Shown piece after piece: positions 14,603 to 27,777 of a DNA stretch of 64,000 bases. The notes under the pieces are model-generated. The model was not told the DNA's origin. It was given only the letters and a program-made list of their open reading frames with translations, and made no database searches. The stretch comes from Octopus vulgaris (lineage: Eukaryota): NCBI GenBank assembly GCA_951406725.2, contig OX597835.1, positions 8,308,001-8,372,000 of the forward strand. Reading direction: 5' to 3'. Numbering within the stretch: position 1 is the stretch's first letter; every line of letters begins with the position of its first letter. Both the position numbers and the translations under genes were made by a program.

Positions 14603-14834
14603 AGGCGGCGAGCTGGCAGAATCGTCAGCACGCCGGACGAAATACGTAGCCGTATTTCGTCTGCCGTTACGTTCCGAGTTCAAATTCCGCCGAGGTCGAC
14701 TTTGCTTTTCATCCTTTCGGGGCCGATGAATTAAGTACCAGTTACGCACTGGGGTCGATATAATCGACTTAATCCGTTTGTCTCTCCTTGATTGTCCTCT
14801 CTGTGTTTAGCCCCTTGTGGGTAGTAAAGAAATG
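14603..14834 (+). mobile_element. SINE family B monomer
   Basis: Full head to tail; 16-bp TSD TATATTGTTTCATTGA at 14587-14602 and 14835-14850. Confidence 0.93.
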
Positions 14835-16476
14835 TATATTGTTTCATTGATTATTCCGTTTCATTTTGGTTAGAATGAAGAATTTGAAACTGCAGATGGC
14901 TGACTAATTAAGATGGCTGACATGAAGCAGATAATCAGGATCGGGATCGATGTGTCAGCGGCACGCCAAACTTCATTGGCCAAGGGATTAGCTTTCAGGG
15001 ATGGAGGCCACCTTAGAATCCAATTGCTATGATGTCACCCTGCTTGCTATAAGCAGCAGTTGAGTCTCTCCCTCATAGCATTCCTATGTATCAGAAGTAA
15101 ATATAGGAAACGCTGGGGAAGAAAATCCTGAACACATACAAAGAAGTGATGACCAAAGCTCGAACAGTTCAACACAAGTAAACCGGTTAAGGAGAGACCC
15201 AATGAAACCGGAAATAAATATCTTCAATTAAATCTGCTTTCTTTTTGTCTACTGACGAAAGGCCGTTTGGCTTGCAGTATTCAATAACAGGTTCGATACT
15301 TCTTGAGGCAAAAGACATCGGAAACCTCTGTAGAAGAAAATATGACCTTCATAATCTTACCACAACAAAAAAGCAGAAATAAAAATCTAATCATCATGAT
15401 TCTACAAACACATGTATATATATATTTATATGTGTCCCTGAGTGTTAGAGTTGTGTGTGTGTGTGTGTGTGTATAAACAGTATCAATATCACATGCTTAA
15501 TGTATATGTGTTGTTAGACTATTATCCGCTATATTTCATCTAAAGAAGATTCCTTTAAAGCCGTATCATGTTGAAAATCATAATATACTTTAAAAGTAAC
15601 ATCAGCAGCCATTTGCTGCGCTCTCTTTGGTTGGTGGTATCTAGGCATCCATCTTTCTATCTCCTATCTATCAATGAATCTATCCACATAAATACATCGG
15701 CAGATTGAAGATTTAGAAACAGTTGAACATTAAAACCTTTCACAAAAACTAAACCTTTATCTTTATGGTTTGTCACAAAACTCTATCATGCGACGTTTAA
15801 AGTCATGCAACTGCTTTCTATCCCCACGCTCCTTTAACTCAACACACACGTACACACACACACACACATTCTCTCCCCCTTTCTCTCTCTCTTCTTCTTC
15901 TTCTTCTTCTTCTTCTTCTTCTTCTTCTCTCTTCAACTATATCACAGGTCCCTGCACTTAACATGTTTATATCCTTTTTCTTCTCGTTTCTACTCCTTTC
16001 TTTAATTAATTTCACAACGTAGTAGCAATATTTTTCCTTCACTTCTCAGGGTTAACACCCACACACACTCTCTCTCTCTCTCTTCCTTTTCCTCCCCTCT
16101 CTTTCTTTCTCTTTTCTTTTCCTCTCTCTCTTTCTTTCTCTCTCGCTCTGTCTCTCTGTCTGTCTGTCTCTCTCTCTTCGTTTCCCCATTGAACTAACCA
16201 TCTGACAGGTTCTTAGCGTAACACCTATTACTTTCCCTCTTCGACATATCGTTAACACTTCTGTATCCCTCTTTTCCTCTCCCGTTTTCTCTCACTCTAT
16301 TATTCTCTCTCGTTTTTTTTCTATTTCCACGTTTTCTGTCCTGCTGCCTCTCTCTTTCATTTTCCCGTGCTCTTCTCTCTTCTCCCTTCAGCTGACAGCG
16401 TGACAGCGTAACAAGTTAATATACAAATTTTTCTTAGTTGAATTCCGTCTCTTTATTGTTGTAAATAATGCACGCG

Positions 16477-16543
16477 CTCTTCTTTATTCAATGGCGTTCT
16501 TCTTCATTCAATGGAGCTCTTCTTCATTCAATGGAGCTCTTCT
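16477..16543. repeat. 20-bp tandem repeat, about 3 copies
   Basis: TCTTCATTCAATGGAGCTCT units. Confidence 0.8.
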
Positions 16544-17640
16544 TTCTTGGTTTCGCACTCTTTTCTGCTATCGGTAATGCACACACTATTTTCCACACAT
16601 CGCTGCTCTTCTCTGTCAGTAATTTTCTCCTTTACCGGCTGAGGTAATGAGCACGCTCATCTTCTTCCATATCCCACCCTTCTTCATTAATGCCTTCTTA
16701 GTTGTTCTTGAGAGTAATGATCTCACTTCTCTTCAGTCATGTCTGCTTTCATAACTTGATTCCTTTCTCTGCCTCGTTATAAATCCACAACTCGATCCTC
16801 TCCTTGTATTGTAGTTGTTCCAGCCTGTTCGCGGCGCCTCTTTCTCCCTAATATCGTCTCCCTTTTTCTTCTCTCAGTCGTTGACTGTAGCGTCTTATAC
16901 TATCTCTTACTTCTGCCATCTTTTCTTCGAATTCTTGTGAGGTTTAGCTAATCTAATAAAGCATAGTCTACTTTCAAAAAACACATCAATAGAGTTCAGC
17001 GTGTGTTCATATTTTCAATTCAAATATTACAGTATATTTTCCATAAATTTAAACTATAAATTTCATCACTATTGATATGCAAAAATGTATATCATATCTA
17101 TACTTCATATTTTGATTCATTTAGGTTGAATTAGTTTCAGTTTGTATAAATTTCAGTAGAATGCGTTTAATTTAAATAGAACTTGCGTAAATAAGAGAAA
17201 ACTAAGCAGTTTGTCACTTTTAATGTTATTTAATGAACGCATTAATTTTTACTCACTAATTCAGTGAAAGACTGGCTTCATGTAAGATGTGTAGAACATG
17301 TTCACTTTTAATTCCTGCTCTTTTTTGATAAATAATTTTTGTCATTCTTTCTCTTTATAGCTAATGTCGTCTACGCTTTCCCACAATTAACAAGTAAATG
17401 TTTCCATTGAACAGGTGATAATTACACCAAAGTGCATTTGTTAAGTGAGGGAATTTTGTAATGTATGAATATGTAAACAAGCGACTCTGTTCGATGTACA
17501 ACCGTCAACAAAGCTCATTCCAAGTTATTCATTAATTAAGATTATTTTCATTTCCTTTCATTTCACTTCAGTTCAGATATATTTGTATATCCTATTAAAA
17601 TAACTAACTTCCTAACTGCCTTCCTACCTACCAACCTACC

Positions 17641-17856
17641 TATTTCTTTACTACCCACAAGAGGACAAACAAGGACAGACAAGCGGATTAAGTCGTTTAC
17701 ATCGACCTCAGTGCGTAACTGGTACTTACTTTATCGACCCCGAAAGGATGGAAGGCAAAGTCGACCTCGGCGGAATTTGAACTCAGAACGTAACGGTAGA
17801 CGAAATACCGCTAAGCATTTCGCCCGACGTGCTAACGATTCTGCCAGCTCGCCGCC
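17641..17856 (-). mobile_element. SINE family B
   Basis: Reverse complement of the B consensus with a small 3' deletion. Confidence 0.9.
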
Positions 17857-18407
17857 TACCTACGTACGTACGTACGTACATACCTACCTACCTACCTTCC
17901 TACCTACCTACCTACTTACTTACCTACCTACCTGTTTGCCTGCTTGCTTCCCTTCTGTCTGTCTAAGTAGAACTTCCCCTTCTTCCGATGTATGCATCTG
18001 TTTACTTTCAAAATACTGATAAATATTTAAACCTAATAACAAAAGACATAAAGAATTATGGCAGTGCCCCAGCAGGGGTTCCTAAAATATAAAAGTGTAA
18101 CATTGGCAGTTATTTATTAACCAAGATTATTACGCTTAAGATTATGCATTTATCTTTTAAAACATAAATTTATTGATATTCATGAAATTGTTTCGTTGTC
18201 ATAAACATTTCGATTGTGCCTACGACTGAAACACACAAACGTAGAATAATATAGACTTCTCTCTCCATCACTCTTTCTCTCTAATGATATACATTTTCTC
18301 TCTCTTTCTTTTTTGTTTTCCTTCTCAATTTTAAAAATAATTCCACTATTTCTGTTACGTTTCCTTCTTTGCATCCCCTTATCCAACATTTATATATATA
18401 TACATTT

Positions 18408-18628
18408 CTGGCAGAATCGTTAGCAAGCCTGGCGAAATGCGTAGCCGTATTTCGACCGCCGCTACGTTCTGAGTTCAAATTCCGCCGAGGTCGATTTTGC
18501 CTTTCATCCTTTTGGGGTCGATAAATTAAGTACCAGTTTCGCACTGGGGTCGATGTAATCGACTTAATCCATTTGTCTGTCTTTGTTTATCTCCTCTATG
18601 TTTAGCCCCTTGTGGGCAGTAAAGAAAT
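18408..18628 (+). mobile_element. SINE family B, slightly 5'-truncated
   Basis: Flanked by direct repeat ATATATATACATTTCT. Confidence 0.9.
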
Positions 18629-21204
18629 ATATATACATTTCTCCATGTGAATCGCTACCTCCATTCGTGTAAACGCAACACAGGGACTAAACATACATTG
18701 AAATAGGAAAGCGTGGAATAATATGATAGATTTTTACACTATTTGTGTTTCATTCTGGCTGGCCACTTCGAAATCATTTCGGAACTGGAACAAGCACGTG
18801 GCACCAACGAGCAGCAAACTCTACAAGATTTCATAAACGGTAAAAGTGAAAATTATAAATAATATGGGTGACTAATTCGTAATTTTACAACCTAAAGGTA
18901 GAAATATAGACGCTACTGAAGTGATAAAGTGCACAAAACAGTATTACTAGAATAAGAGTCAAAACAACTAAATAGCCACGGAAAGCACCATTTTATTGAG
19001 CTGCCAACGGAGTCAGTTGAATAAAACAGCATATGAAATTAGCGTATGATTTCAGCGGAAATCTTATAAACTGTCAAGGCGAGCTGAGTTTAACCCTAGG
19101 CGCGGTGACAGCCACTGATGAGTATTAAAATGCAGAAGCATCAAAATGTGAAATCATCCATGATCCGACTGTGTCCACCGCTGTATGGAGCTTGCCTCAT
19201 TCGCCAGTCATCAAAACAGTGCTTTCTGGCGCTATTGAGTTGTTTTAACACTCATTTCTAGCAACGCTGTTGCAAATGAATACCCTTTGTCATTTTCGTG
19301 ACGTCTCTCTTACTCCCTAGTCTCCCTAAGTACCACACTTAAGACGAATAAGAAAATATTGGGGCGGATTGTTTTGACTAAAAATCCGAAAGTGACCTAT
19401 ACTTTGACAGTTTGCTTTTCTCAGCCTGACGAGCTGCGGAGAAGGACTAGGAACTGAACACACTGAGTTGCAGCTGGAGAAGGTGCTACATCATGCGACA
19501 TCCTCGATGAGGGTCCTACAGTCACAGAAGGGGGAAATCGGTATACGTCAGGCCTTTTACTGACCCCTCAATCCAGCCCCGTTGGCTCCAGGAGGGAAGG
19601 AAGCGTGCGGCATCTAGGCCATGGTTTATGATTTAGTTAACGGCGGTATGACGTGGAAAGCGACCATTGTCATGATGGCATGATGGGGACAAAAGGATCC
19701 AAAGTGGATCCGCAGCAGCATTTGTGATGGTCACAAATCTGGAGGCTAAGTTTCAAGGAAACGCTGATGCACAGGCAGTTGCTATGAACTGATTGCCAGT
19801 CGCGAGTAATGACATCGCATCGATCCAGGCTCTGCATAAAGCATGCTCTTATACCCACAATAAAAAGAATCATTAATGTTATTTAGCTCTAAACAACTCT
19901 TGATCGAGTAGACCGACAATTAAATTTACTATTTCAAGACAATAATATTCATTGCCCTTTTTTAATATATGGCGTGAATAAACGTAGATTTGGCTGCTAT
20001 TTCTAGATGATATGCACTAATAGATCCTCTTTTACCGCCATTTTTATATCAGAAGATATCGCAGCAAGGAGTTATCCAGAGAAATACTGTCTAAAACGGT
20101 GGAGATGTTAATGAAGAAGACCATAGTTATAATAATAGGGCAGCCCAGCAAAATCTTTTCCCCTTTGATCACGGGGCGGCAGTAATTTACAGACCTTGCG
20201 AGTTAGAAGTGACCGCGAAGATTCGAGCAAACACAAATTAAAAGATGGAGGTGAACTGTTTGTGATATTTGTATTGTATGTTTGCATATTGTCGAAAAGC
20301 GCTTCTACCACATGGTTAATGTTTCACTTGAGAAGAATTGCGTTCACATTTAGAGTGTTTATATTTAATCCGGAGATCAATGAAAGGTAAACAAGACATC
20401 ATCATGCATTGTGAAAATTGTAAATACTCGGCATCAACTAACATTTTGCTCTTTCAGCAAGCAAAGGGAGAGAAATCAGGTGAATTTGTATCTTGTGACT
20501 TCCTCATCGATGGATACATTTTTAAAAAAACTTACCACATCACTAATGGAAGAGACTGAGTATATGTATATGGTTTAATCAGCAATGGGACGGGTTAAAT
20601 ATTATTTTAGTAAACATTTCCGTTTAATTTTTTATACACAAAATGGGCGCGAAAATGAGAAGTCACGATTAAGTAAATATTTTGCTGAAATAATAGAAAG
20701 GAAAACAGCGATTTGTATGAAAGAGAAATATATTTTAGCTTAGAGTCTTTCGTAACATTTAAATAACATTGAACAAGTGTAGAAAGACAGGGTAAAAGAC
20801 AGCGAGAGAGAGGGGGCAGAGAAGGAGAGGGGAGAAAGGAGGGAGAGAAATAGAGAGTTAAAGGTTGGAAGAGATAGAGAAAACAGCAATCGAATAATTT
20901 AACGATGTTATCTCGTATTAGAAAGCATTATTAGGGAAATAATATCTTGATGGATGGATGGATGGATGGATAGATGGAATTTGTAATGATGGTGTGGGTG
21001 TCGATATCTGACTTACTATTGTTTCAACTATAAAACTCCTTGGGCCATATACTGTCGCACACAATAAATAGTTTTTCATTTTCAAAGCCGGCGTCATGAA
21101 TTACCTTCGGGAAAAGAATATTGCCTGTCGGCGCTCGAAGCTAATTTTCGTTTTTATATTTTTAAGCATCTATAAACGACTTCGATGACGAAAGTTCACG
21201 ACAG

Positions 21205-21351
21205 TATATATACATATATGCATACATATATACATACATACAGATATATATATATGTGTGTGTGTGTGTGTGTATGTATGTATATGTGTATATATATGTA
21301 CATATATACATATACATATACATATATATATATATATATACATATACACAC

Positions 21352-21407
<56 letters not shown>

Positions 21408-21423
21408 GCATACACACACATAT
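21205..21423. repeat. (TA)n/(TG)n compound microsatellite
   Basis: Directly visible. Confidence 0.9.
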
Positions 21424-21791
21424 GCAGATGTAGCTGTGAAATGCTGCAACAATTCTTATTAGTTATTGCATTATTTCTTTCCAGGTAAACAGACATGACT
21501 ATTCAGAAACAAAACAAAAATTCAAAAGTAACTCGTTGTGACCTTGAAATTGAACAAAATTTGGCATCGTTCTGCTATCAAGTCCTTGTAGAAAAAGGGT
21601 TTGTCCCCCCAACGACAGCCATGCAAATATTACGCTTCAGCTTTATCAATAGTGCAAAATTAGGTCCCTGAATTTAGAAAAGGAGAGAGAATTCTGAAGT
21701 GATTCCTTTTTGCATCCATAAATTTTCCTCTACCTTCTTAAAAGTGTATAGGAATAAAAAAAAGTTGTGGCAAGTAAATAATTTAGCTCCT

Positions 21792-22174
21792 GGAAGGACT
21801 CCGTCGGTTACCACGACGAGGGTTCCGGTTGATCCGATCAACGGAACAGCCTGCTCGTGAAATTAACGTGTAAGTGGCTGAGCACTCCACAGACACGTGT
21901 ACCCTTAACGTAGTTCTCGGGGATATTCAGCGTGACACAGAGAGTGACAAGGCCGGCCCTTTGAAATACAGGCACAACAGAAACAGGAAGTAAGAGTGAG
22001 AGAAAGTTGTGGTGAAAGAGTACAGCAGGGATCACCACCATCCCTGCCGGAGCATCGTGGAGCTTTAGGTGATTTCGCTCAATAAATACTCACAACGCCC
22101 GGTCTGGGAATCGAAACCGCGATCCTACGACCACGAGTCCGCTGCCCTAACCACTGGGGCATTGCGCCTCCACA
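21792..22174 (-). mobile_element. SINE family C, tail variant 1
   Basis: A and B boxes; TSD ATTTAGCTCCT at 21781-21791 and 22175-22185. Confidence 0.93.
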
Positions 22175-22258
22175 ATTTAGCTCCTACAGGGAATTGAAAT
22201 CGTCGAGGTTGAATTTAATTTAGTACAGCCATTTATATAGATAATATATAGATATAGT

Positions 22259-22641
22259 GTGGAGGCGCAATGCCCCAGTGGTTAGGGTAGCGGACTCGCG
22301 GTCGTATATCGCGGTTTCGATTCCCAGACCGGGCGTTGTGAGTGTTTATTGAGAGAAAACGCTTAAAAGCTCCACGAGGCTCCGGCAGGGATGGTGGTGA
22401 TCCCTGCTGTACTCTTTCAACACAACTTTCTCTCACTCTTACTTCCTGTTTCTGTTGTGCCTGTATTTCAAAGGGCCGGCCTTGTCACTCTCTGTGTCAC
22501 GCTGAATATCCCCGAGAACTACGTTAAGGGTACACGTGTCTGTGGAGTGCTCAGCCACTTACACGTTAATTTCACGAGCAGGCTGTTCCGTTGATCGGAT
22601 CAACCGGAACCCTCGTCGTCGTAACCGACGGAGTGCTTCCA
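22259..22641 (+). mobile_element. SINE family C, tail variant 1
   Basis: TSD ATATAGATATAGT at 22246-22258 and 22642-22654. Confidence 0.93.
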
Positions 22642-22812
22642 ATATAGATATAGTTGTTTTTTTAGGCTAGATATAGATCCCTCTTTTTTTTTTAGTTTTA
22701 AAATTTTCTAAAAGAATTAAAAAAAAATTTCATTAATACGAAACCACGCAATATTGCATTAGGTTTGGTTAAGGATGTTTCGCCCTGGTACGTGATGTGT
22801 GTTTCTTTATTT

Positions 22813-22894
22813 TTCCCCTGACGAGGGAGTAATTATCGTGATGCACCCACGTGCATTAAATACAGTGATGAATCCCTGAAATGGCCATAGGGAA
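22813..22894 (+). ncRNA. Type I hammerhead ribozyme motif with enlarged stem II
   Basis: ttccc CTGACGA ggga...tccc t GAAAT ggcc ATA gggaa; palindromic stem III ATGGCCAT. Confidence 0.7.
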
Positions 22895-23462
22895 TGTAAA
22901 TATGGTTTCTTCTTTTTTGCTTGGACACTGGCTTTTAACAATAGGTTTCCCTTATCTTGAAAATTAATTTTTAATCGAAAAACTTTCTAAACGATGAACT
23001 TTTATCTTACCTTATATGTTATTTATTTATATCTTTCCTATAAATATGTATTCTTATATCTTTTTATATATCTATATATTTATATATTTCTTTATATCTT
23101 TATGTATTTATTATTCTAGATGTTGTAATGTTTAAAACAAAATATTTTTAGTCGCTAAAGTATTAATCATTAACTTTTAACCGCGATGAACTGTATTCAC
23201 ACATTTTTCTTATATTTTTCTTATATGCTTGTATTGATGGGTTGTGTTTCATCTTCCGTTATTTTATGAATGTGTATTCAATGTGTAAGAAAAAGCATTT
23301 TGTGATAAAATGTTCGAGATTTGAAATGCTACTTGGATGACCTTATATTTGTTTGTTCTGCAACCATAGTTTACTATATTTGTCTCATTTTATTGAGCAC
23401 TTCTATAGCAGTCCTATTAAACAGTTTGTTCCTGATAAGAAACAATCACTTTATTATTGATA

Positions 23463-23859
23463 TCTTTATATATAAAAGTGAGGTTGTGTGCTGTCTGTCT
23501 CCTACGATTTAGATTCCTAACTACTCCCACATTTTGCGGTGCAGTTTAACCAAAACCGGGTATCTTATAGTCGTGATTCATATCGAGCCCTTCTGGGTAT
23601 TAGCGCGCGTCTACGATGAGCCTACGATTTAAAAAAAATTACCATAATTTTTTCCATTTTAATGCATTTTTTCGCTATTATATAAGGGAAGTAACTCTCT
23701 AAAAATGTCTACGATGAGTCAACAATTTAAAAAAAAATTACCATAATTTTTTTTTCCATTTTTAATGCATTTTTTGCTATTTTTTGGCTATAACTCTCTA
23801 AGAATGCTTATATAGTTATTTCCCTTACAAACCCGAGCAACGCCGGGCGATACTGCTAG
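23463..23859 (+). mobile_element. Non-autonomous Helitron (family D) with internal duplication
   Basis: A|TC start, hairpin plus CTAG|T end. Confidence 0.87.
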
Positions 23860-23875
23860 TATATATATATATATT

Positions 23876-23973
<98 letters not shown>

Positions 23974-23995
23974 CATGTATATTGGTATGTATATC

Positions 23996-24028
<33 letters not shown>

Positions 24029-24486
24029 ACGTGCGTGTGTGTGTGCGCGCACGAATTTCTGACTGTATGTATATATACATATATAGGCATATGCGCATAT
24101 ATATATGTATATACATACATGCATACACAAATATGCGGGTACACATTAAATTCCTGACTAAGAGGACTTTCCCCATTTTCTTTACTGAAGATTTCATCTA
24201 CGAAAATTAGAATGAAAGAAAGATTTGTGTAATAAATTGAAATTTGGATAATGAGGGACAGTGGTGGTCCCTTGCCGAAAACCTTTTGCAGAGGGCCTTT
24301 CATTTTGCGTTGATGACGTGTATGATAAAGGGCTCGTGAAATTGGGAAACGAAGGAGATTAACTGACCTTTGAATGTGGAGAGTGAAGACTACTGTCAGA
24401 TGCGAAATAATGGGATGTAGGAAGGTCGTCGGTTGAGAATGAAAGAAGAGTGAAGATGTAGAGAAGAGATGAGAGAGATGGAGGAG

Positions 24487-24496
24487 AATAATAATG

Positions 24497-24560
<64 letters not shown>
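24487..24560. repeat. (AAT)n microsatellite
   Basis: Directly visible. Confidence 0.95.
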
Positions 24561-24562
<2 letters not shown>

Positions 24563-24597
24563 TAAATGCATGGTGTAAATATAGTAATAAGTGAAAG

Positions 24598-24763
24598 AGG
24601 AGTGGCTGTGTGGTAAGTAGCTTGTCTACCAACCACATGGTTGCGGGTTCAGTCCCACTGCGTAGCACCTTGGGCAAGTGTCTTCTACTATAGCCTCGGA
24701 ACGACCAAAGCCTTGTGAGTGGATTCGGTAGACGGAAACTAAAAGAAGCCTGTCGTATATATG

Positions 24764-24794
<31 letters not shown>

Positions 24795-25008
24795 TTGTGT
24801 GTCTGTGTTTGTCCCCCAGCATTGCTTGACAACCGATGCTGGTGTGTTTATGTCCCCGTCACTTAGCGGTTCGGCAAAAAGAGACCGATAGAATAAGTAC
24901 TGGGCTTACAAAAAGAATAAGTCCCCGGGGTCGAGTTGCTCGACTAAAGGCGGTCGGTGCTCCAGCATGGCCGCAGTCAAATGACTGAAACGGGTAAAAG
25001 AATAAAAG
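24598..25008 (+). mobile_element. SINE family A
   Basis: Matches the family A consensus. Confidence 0.92.
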
Positions 25009-25289
25009 AAAGAAAAGAATAAGCAATTCACAAATAAATAATACTTATTATGGCCGCCATCGTCTTCGTCTTCGTCGGTCATCCATAAACACTGAACCAA
25101 AAATACTATTAAATTATTAAATTTGATTTTGATTCGAACTAATGGAATGTGTAAAAGCTTTTAAATATGTTAAAATTAATATTCACTTAAGACCTGGAAA
25201 AGTTAAATAAATGAATAATTGATAGATAAATGAGTAAATGGCTTTTATTCCAATGATTTTTTTTTACTCTTATGATCACCACAATCACC

Positions 25290-25731
25290 ATCGTGTAATA
25301 ATCGTGTAATAATCGTGTAATCGTGTAATAATCGTGTAATAATAATCGTGTAATAATCGTGTAATCGTGCAATAATAGTGTAATAATAATCGTGTAATAA
25401 TCGTGTAATCGTGTAATAATCGTGTAATAATCGTGTAATAATCGTGTAATCGTGTAATAATCGTGTAATAATCGTGTAATAATCGTGTAATCGTGTAATA
25501 ATCGTGTAATAATAATCGTGTAATAATCGTGTAATCGTGTAATAATCGTGTAATAATCGTGTAATCGTGTAATAATCGTGTAATCGTGTAATAATCGTGT
25601 AATAATAATCGTGTAATAATCGTGTAATCGTGCAATAATCGTGTAATAATCGTGTAATAATCGTGTAATCGTGTAATCGTGTAATAATCGTGTAATAATA
25701 ATCGTGTAATAATCGTGTAATAATAATCGTG
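25290..25731. repeat. Minisatellite CGTGT(AAT)1-3
   Basis: Mixed 8-, 11- and 14-bp units. Confidence 0.92.
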
Positions 25732-25828
25732 GGATGAGTAAGATAAATACATAATTACACCAGGAAAAACAATATCGGTTAATGATTCTGTTTCACTTAC
25801 CACATAAACATTAGCGTCATGGCATTCC

Positions 25829-26050
25829 TACTCTTTTACTTGTTTCAGTCATTTGACTGCGGCCATGCTGGAGCACCGCCTTTAGTCGAGCAAATCAACC
25901 CCGGAACTTATTCTTTGTAAGCCCAGTACTTATTCTATCAGTCTCTTTTGCCGAACCGCTAAGTAACGGGGACGTAAACACACCAGCATCGGTTGTCAAG
26001 CAATGCTAGGGGGACAAACACAGACACACAAACACACACACATACATGTA

Positions 26051-26090
<40 letters not shown>

Positions 26091-26255
26091 TACGACAGGC
26101 TTCTATCAGTTTCTGTCTCCCAAATCCACTCACAAGGCATTGGTCGGCCCGGGGCTATAGCAGAAGACACTTACCTAAGATGCCACGCAGTGGGACTGAA
26201 CCCGGAACCATGTGGTTGTTTAGCAAGCTACTTACTACACAGCCACTCCTGCGCC
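25829..26255 (-). mobile_element. SINE family A, full length
   Basis: Matches the family A consensus. Confidence 0.92.
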
Positions 26256-26458
26256 TATGGATAATTAGGAGTCTTTTAAATCAGGAAAAATCGCAATGAA
26301 ATTTCAATTTATAGTGCAAGCAGTTACAAAATTATTTCAAACAATTCAGGGAATGGTATTTAAAAAAAATAATTTAAGATTTCATAAATTATATCATAAA
26401 GTAAATTAATTCATTCTAATCTGAAATGAAAATTTTTACACGTTGTTTTTTGAAGAAA

Positions 26459-26866
26459 GCGCAGGAGTGGCTGTGTGGTAAGTAGCTTGCTTACCAATCA
26501 CATGGTTCCGGGTTCAGTCCCACTGCGTGGCATCTTGGGCAAGTGTCTTCTACTATAGCCTCGGGCCAACCAATGCCTTGTGAGTGGATTTGATAGACGG
26601 AAACTGAAAGAAGCCCGTCCTATATATGTATATATATATGTGTGTGCGTGTATGTTTGTGTGTCTGTGTTTGTCCCCCTAACATTGTTTGACAACCGATG
26701 CTGGTGTGTTTATGTCCCCGTCACTTAGCGGTTCGGCAAAAAGAGACCGATAGAATAAGTACTGGGCTTACAAAAGAATAAGTCCCGGGGTCGATTTGCT
26801 CGACTAAAGGCAGTGCTCCAGCATGGCCGCAGTCAAATGACTGAAACAAGTAAAATAGTAAAGAGT
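26459..26866 (+). mobile_element. SINE family A flanked by an 82-bp direct repeat
   Basis: Direct repeats at 26379-26460 and 26867-26948. Confidence 0.92.
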
Positions 26867-27777
26867 ATTTCATAAATTATATCATAAAGGAAATTAATTT
26901 ATTCTAATCTTAAATGAAAATTTTTACACGCTGTTTTTTAATGAAAGCATACCATCTGGTATTTAATTGAGAAAATGGTTTTAATAAAAAAATAAAAATT
27001 GAACGTGTCTAATATTAAGTGCGAATGTATAACCTAAGCATGTTTCTCATTGAAAGAAAAATGATGTTATTTCTGGAAGAGGATGAAAATACCAACATAA
27101 CATGAATAATATGGATAACTTGTTCCATTTCACACTCCATGTTTTCTTTCCTGATAAAAAAAATTTTTTTAATCTTTTGCTGTTGCTTATTCTGTAGTAA
27201 ATCTTTTTTGTGACCTTAAAACATTCGCACGTTTTCTGATGCTTAAATTTGATTCGTGTCTATCTTATTTTGCTTTAAATCAGTAGCTTAAGAGTCGAGT
27301 AAGCGTCCGGTAATAATTTGACATGTGTAGTGTATTCCAGAAAAGCTTTAAACCGAAATACTGAACAAAGTTTCTCGAAACCGTTGACCTATCGATGCGG
27401 CCATGCGTGACCTCATCATCTACCAATAAAATCCAGAGATACGGAAATCTGAAATTCGATTCTGTTTCCTTTGTGCCACAGAAACAAAACTGTTGCAGTA
27501 GTGTTCACTTGCAAAGTAATGTCAAGCAGCAGTTGTGGTAAGAAGGAATGGAGTAAAGTAGACGCGATTAAAGTAAAGACTGCGCCAACATTTTCATTTC
27601 ACTGTGCAGGACTAAGGTGTTCATCTGCTTGGTGCCAAGGACGAAATATGTTCTATGGTGGACGGGACCGAAAGGATTTCTCTACGCGTCGTTCGATGAG
27701 GGGGATGACCATACAGATGATATCCTTCAGTAAATTTCCTCAAAAGGTGAAGGAATATTGGAAAAAATGAGGCTCAG

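Noticed and set aside
17711-18019. Recurrent MRNWYLIYRPRKDERQSRPRRNLNSER peptide ORFs
   Set aside because: Antisense translation of SINE family B, not a gene family.
19400-19850. Higher-GC block, possibly an RTE LINE remnant or an exon
   Set aside because: No frame gave a recognisable motif and stops are frequent.
22259-22335. tRNA genes (also the heads of families A and B)
   Set aside because: A and B boxes are present but there is no proper cloverleaf or acceptor stem, and each continues into a SINE body with TSDs.
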